A stretch of DNA of 64,000 bases from Geosiphon pyriformis uo1 (Eukaryota; Fungi; Glomeromycota): the NCBI GenBank assembly GCA_016748015.1, contig JAAOMT010000529.1:66848-130847 (forward strand). The letters run 5' to 3'. This document shows positions 61,000 to 64,000 of this stretch, piece after piece. The notes under the pieces are model-generated. The model was given only the letters and a program-made list of their open reading frames with translations, was not told the origin of the DNA and searched no databases. Made by a program: the position numbers and the translations under genes. Position 1 is the stretch's first letter; each line of letters begins with the position of its first letter.

Positions 61000-61421
61000 T
61001 AGTGTCTAAAACTATAAAAGCAGTACAAAGTTTTTAATCATAGATATAAAGATTATTAAAAAAAAATTAAATAATAATATAATATAATATAATATTTTTA
61101 ATAGTTAAATTTAAATAGAGTTCTAATGTTCAGTCCAGTTTGATTCAAGTTTAATCAAATCACTAAACTGAACTGAATTTAAACAGAAGATTTGACAAAA
61201 TTTTAATTTCGAATTTGAATTAGACTTAAAATTATTAAACTTGAACTGAACTCAAACACATACAACAAGTCTGATTTAAGTTCAGTTTAAAGTTCATGAA
61301 CATGTTCAGGTTTGACTATTAAAAACATTATATTATATTATATTATTATTTAATTTTCTTTTCAATGGTTTTTGTATCTATAATCAAAAATACTGTATTG
61401 CTCTTATAGTTTTAGACACTA
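61000..61421. mobile_element. Foldback/MITE-like element with ~105-bp imperfect inverted repeats
   Basis: TAGTGTCTAAAACTATAA... at 61000 and ...TTATAGTTTTAGACACTA ending at 61421. Internal GTTCAG/GAACTG repeats. No TSD visible. Confidence 0.7.
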
Positions 61422-61879
61422 AGCAAAACCTCATATCTATAATCATATTTTATCTGCAGAAAAGACATGTTCAAAAACAACAAATAATTCTTGAATTGTC
61501 AAATAATTACAAGTCATACATATAAGACAAAAAAATTGTGTTTAATATGTCTAAATATTAAATTATTAATAAAATATTAATTTAAATAAATATTTTTGTA
61601 ATATATCTTGCACTATATTATTACATTTATTTTCTTATTGGTCATTTTTTCAAAAATATAACAGTTAATTTTATCAAGTTTTTTTTTCTTATTATTATCA
61701 AAGTTTGTCTTTAATATAAATTATATAACTAATACTATAATATCATTAAAATTGCTATTTAATAAAAAACTGTTATTTGATGTTGGTATAATGTCTAGTG
61801 TGTAATTTGTTTCAAAAAAAATACACATTCTAAAAATTTATTTATTGTGTAAAAGTTAAAAAATAAAACTGTTTGAATA

Positions 61880-62990
61880 AATTAATAATTTACAATTTTT
61901 TTATTTTATTAATATTGTTATCTAAAAATTCTTTTTTTGTAAAATAATAGAATTTTTTTCTTAAATCCAATGCAGTACAGAGTATTATAGTTGTATTTGT
62001 TTTAGAGTAATATTCAATCAATTTTTTTCTTGTTGTTTTAACTGCTACAACAAATAATAGATCTAATATTAAATATGTTAAATAAATAACTAAATAAATA
62101 CAATTAAGATTATAATACTTTACCAAATTTATTATTATTAACCATGTCTTTGACATGATTAAAAATGATATTAAAGAGGAAAATAATCAAAAAGACAGTA
62201 TTATTTAAAGTGATTAATATTTTGACCATAATATTCTTAAATAGTTCAAAAAATTTAGCAATTTTATCAAAAACAGTCCACTGATCATGTAAAATAGCAT
62301 ATTAATGGAGATTATTGTAAGTACTAGTAAGGGTGTTTAATGTTTATAAATTTACAGTTAGAATTTTTGTATTCAAAATATATAGAATCAGAAATAAATA
62401 ATTTGCTAATTTAAGAGATAATTTATTTTTAACTATATCATAAATAGAATTCTATTAGATAGAATAATTCAGAATAAGTTTACAGTATTTAATTAACATG
62501 TATTACAGACATATTCAAAGAGCTCAAAACATTAGAATGAGATATGGATTGCAAAATTAAGTTTTCTAATCTTTAATTTATACAAAGTTTACATTAGAAA
62601 AATTTCAGATAAATATATTCAGTTTGGGTTTTTAACAAATACCTTGAAAACATTATTCCTTATTTCATCTAAAACTACCTGCATTGCCAAGTTTAGAATA
62701 TAATTAAAGCATCAAAATTAAAAGTTTTCTAAGTTTTATTGAATGTTTTTCTTTTCTAATTTTCTCACTAATTCTTTTATAAAAGTATTATTATTTGTAA
62801 TATTATTAAGATTAATAGCAAGAAGCTGTTGAAAAAAAATTAGGTTATAACTAATAAAATTAATGGTAAATTCATATAAAAAAGATGTGTATATAACTCT
62901 TTTTTAAACTTTTTGGCTGAAAATTTGGCTTGAGACAATAATAAAAACCACTTAAACTAATATTAAAAAAATACAGTTTTCGATGATATA
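61880..62990 (-). mobile_element. Heavily degraded hAT-family transposase remnant
   Basis: KKLIEYYSKT..ILCTALDLRKK (LDPRxK motif) and CFNYILNLAMQ (C..H.LNL motif), in hAT order. Confidence 0.7.
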
Positions 62991-63176
62991 AGCACTATAA
63001 TAACTTTGAGTTTCAGATAATACTAATACTAAAAATTCAGTTCTGGAGCAATAATAAAAACTAACTTAAGTCAATATTAAGAAAACATAATTTTTAATAA
63101 TATAGACATTATAATAACTTTAAGTCTTAGATGATACTAATATACTGCATAATATGTTAATCTTATTAATGGCCAT

Positions 63177-64000
63177 TGTTACCGGAGGTTTTTAGTCTCT
63201 TTTCTTGAATATTGTTAATGTTTGTCTGTTGCTAATTTCACGTTTTCTGGAAGCAGTTGAATCTCCAATAACTGAATTTATCTTCAAATTATCTCCTATA
63301 ATTTGAACTGCTGGGCTTATAAGTGGAATGGCCAATTCCTTGCCAGTTACTTTATGTAGTTATGTTGTAGTAAACGTCAACTCTTTCCCAGGAATTGCTT
63401 GTCTGGAAGCTCACTAAAAATGTGTAGTTACTTTGCTGTGAAAGTCAACTCTTCTACAGGAATCTTGTCTGTAGGCTACCCTAATGATTTTAATAAGAAA
63501 AGAAAAAAAAATAAAATAAAAGAAATGTAAAAGAAAATAGAATTTTGTCAAGGGAAACGTTTTCTATCCAGGCCTGGAGTCACTAACAGATTACTGAAAT
63601 TGGTAGCTAATCAATTTCGAAATGTTAGTTGTGTTGAGGGAATTTCAAGTGCAATAATCAAAGGATTTGGTTTTCAAATATTTAATTTTTATTTGAATGT
63701 GTAAAAGGTGATTTGTTCCAATTAAGATATCTAAAGTAAAGTACTATGATAAGATACTATGAGAAGATACATTTTCTTGAAGAGAGAAGCTCTTCTTTTA
63801 TACAACTTGTTGTAGTACTAGTCTTTGAACTTGCACTTTTCTCTTTGCTACAATTTGGGTGAACTAAAGATACATTTTGGCGAACTACAAGTTATTTCAC
63901 TGAACTATTGATTATTTCGGCCAATTTTCATTAATTTCGGCGAATTTTGACTATGTTAAATGGTTCAGAGTATTGTGTAATTTGATCATCTTAATTTCTA
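63177..64000 (-). mobile_element. LTR family B copy running off the window end
   Basis: Begins TGTTACCGGAGGTTTTT and is collinear with 27816-28620. Retains more CpG than the other copies. Confidence 0.85.

Overview
A very AT-rich, intron-containing fungal genomic window. The TKL-kinase family, TE types and base composition suggest Glomeromycota, possibly Geosiphon-like (inference). Apparently intact host genes: a secreted SMP-30/gluconolactonase beta-propeller, one tyrosine-kinase-like (TKL) kinase, SMC5, tRNA-Leu(UAG), arginase and a GH47 alpha-1,2-mannosidase. Positions 17-36 kb are a three-level TE nest. A degenerate APE-RT-RNaseH LINE is split by an 11-kb Ty3/gypsy element (872-bp LTRs, 4-bp TSD GCAT), which in turn carries a 983-bp solo LTR of a second family. 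The gypsy pol is unusual: it has a Cys-rich insert and a dUTPase between protease and RT, and an extra ~220-codon ORF after integrase. At least five further TKL kinase relics share flanking non-coding blocks with each other or with the intact gene, suggesting cassette-like duplication and decay. A Nextera/Tn5 mosaic-end adapter at 19118-19136 abuts an identical 980-bp duplication, so that part of the window is very likely an assembly artefact. The window ends with a hAT remnant, a foldback element and a third copy of the second LTR family. All coordinates and counts were read by eye.
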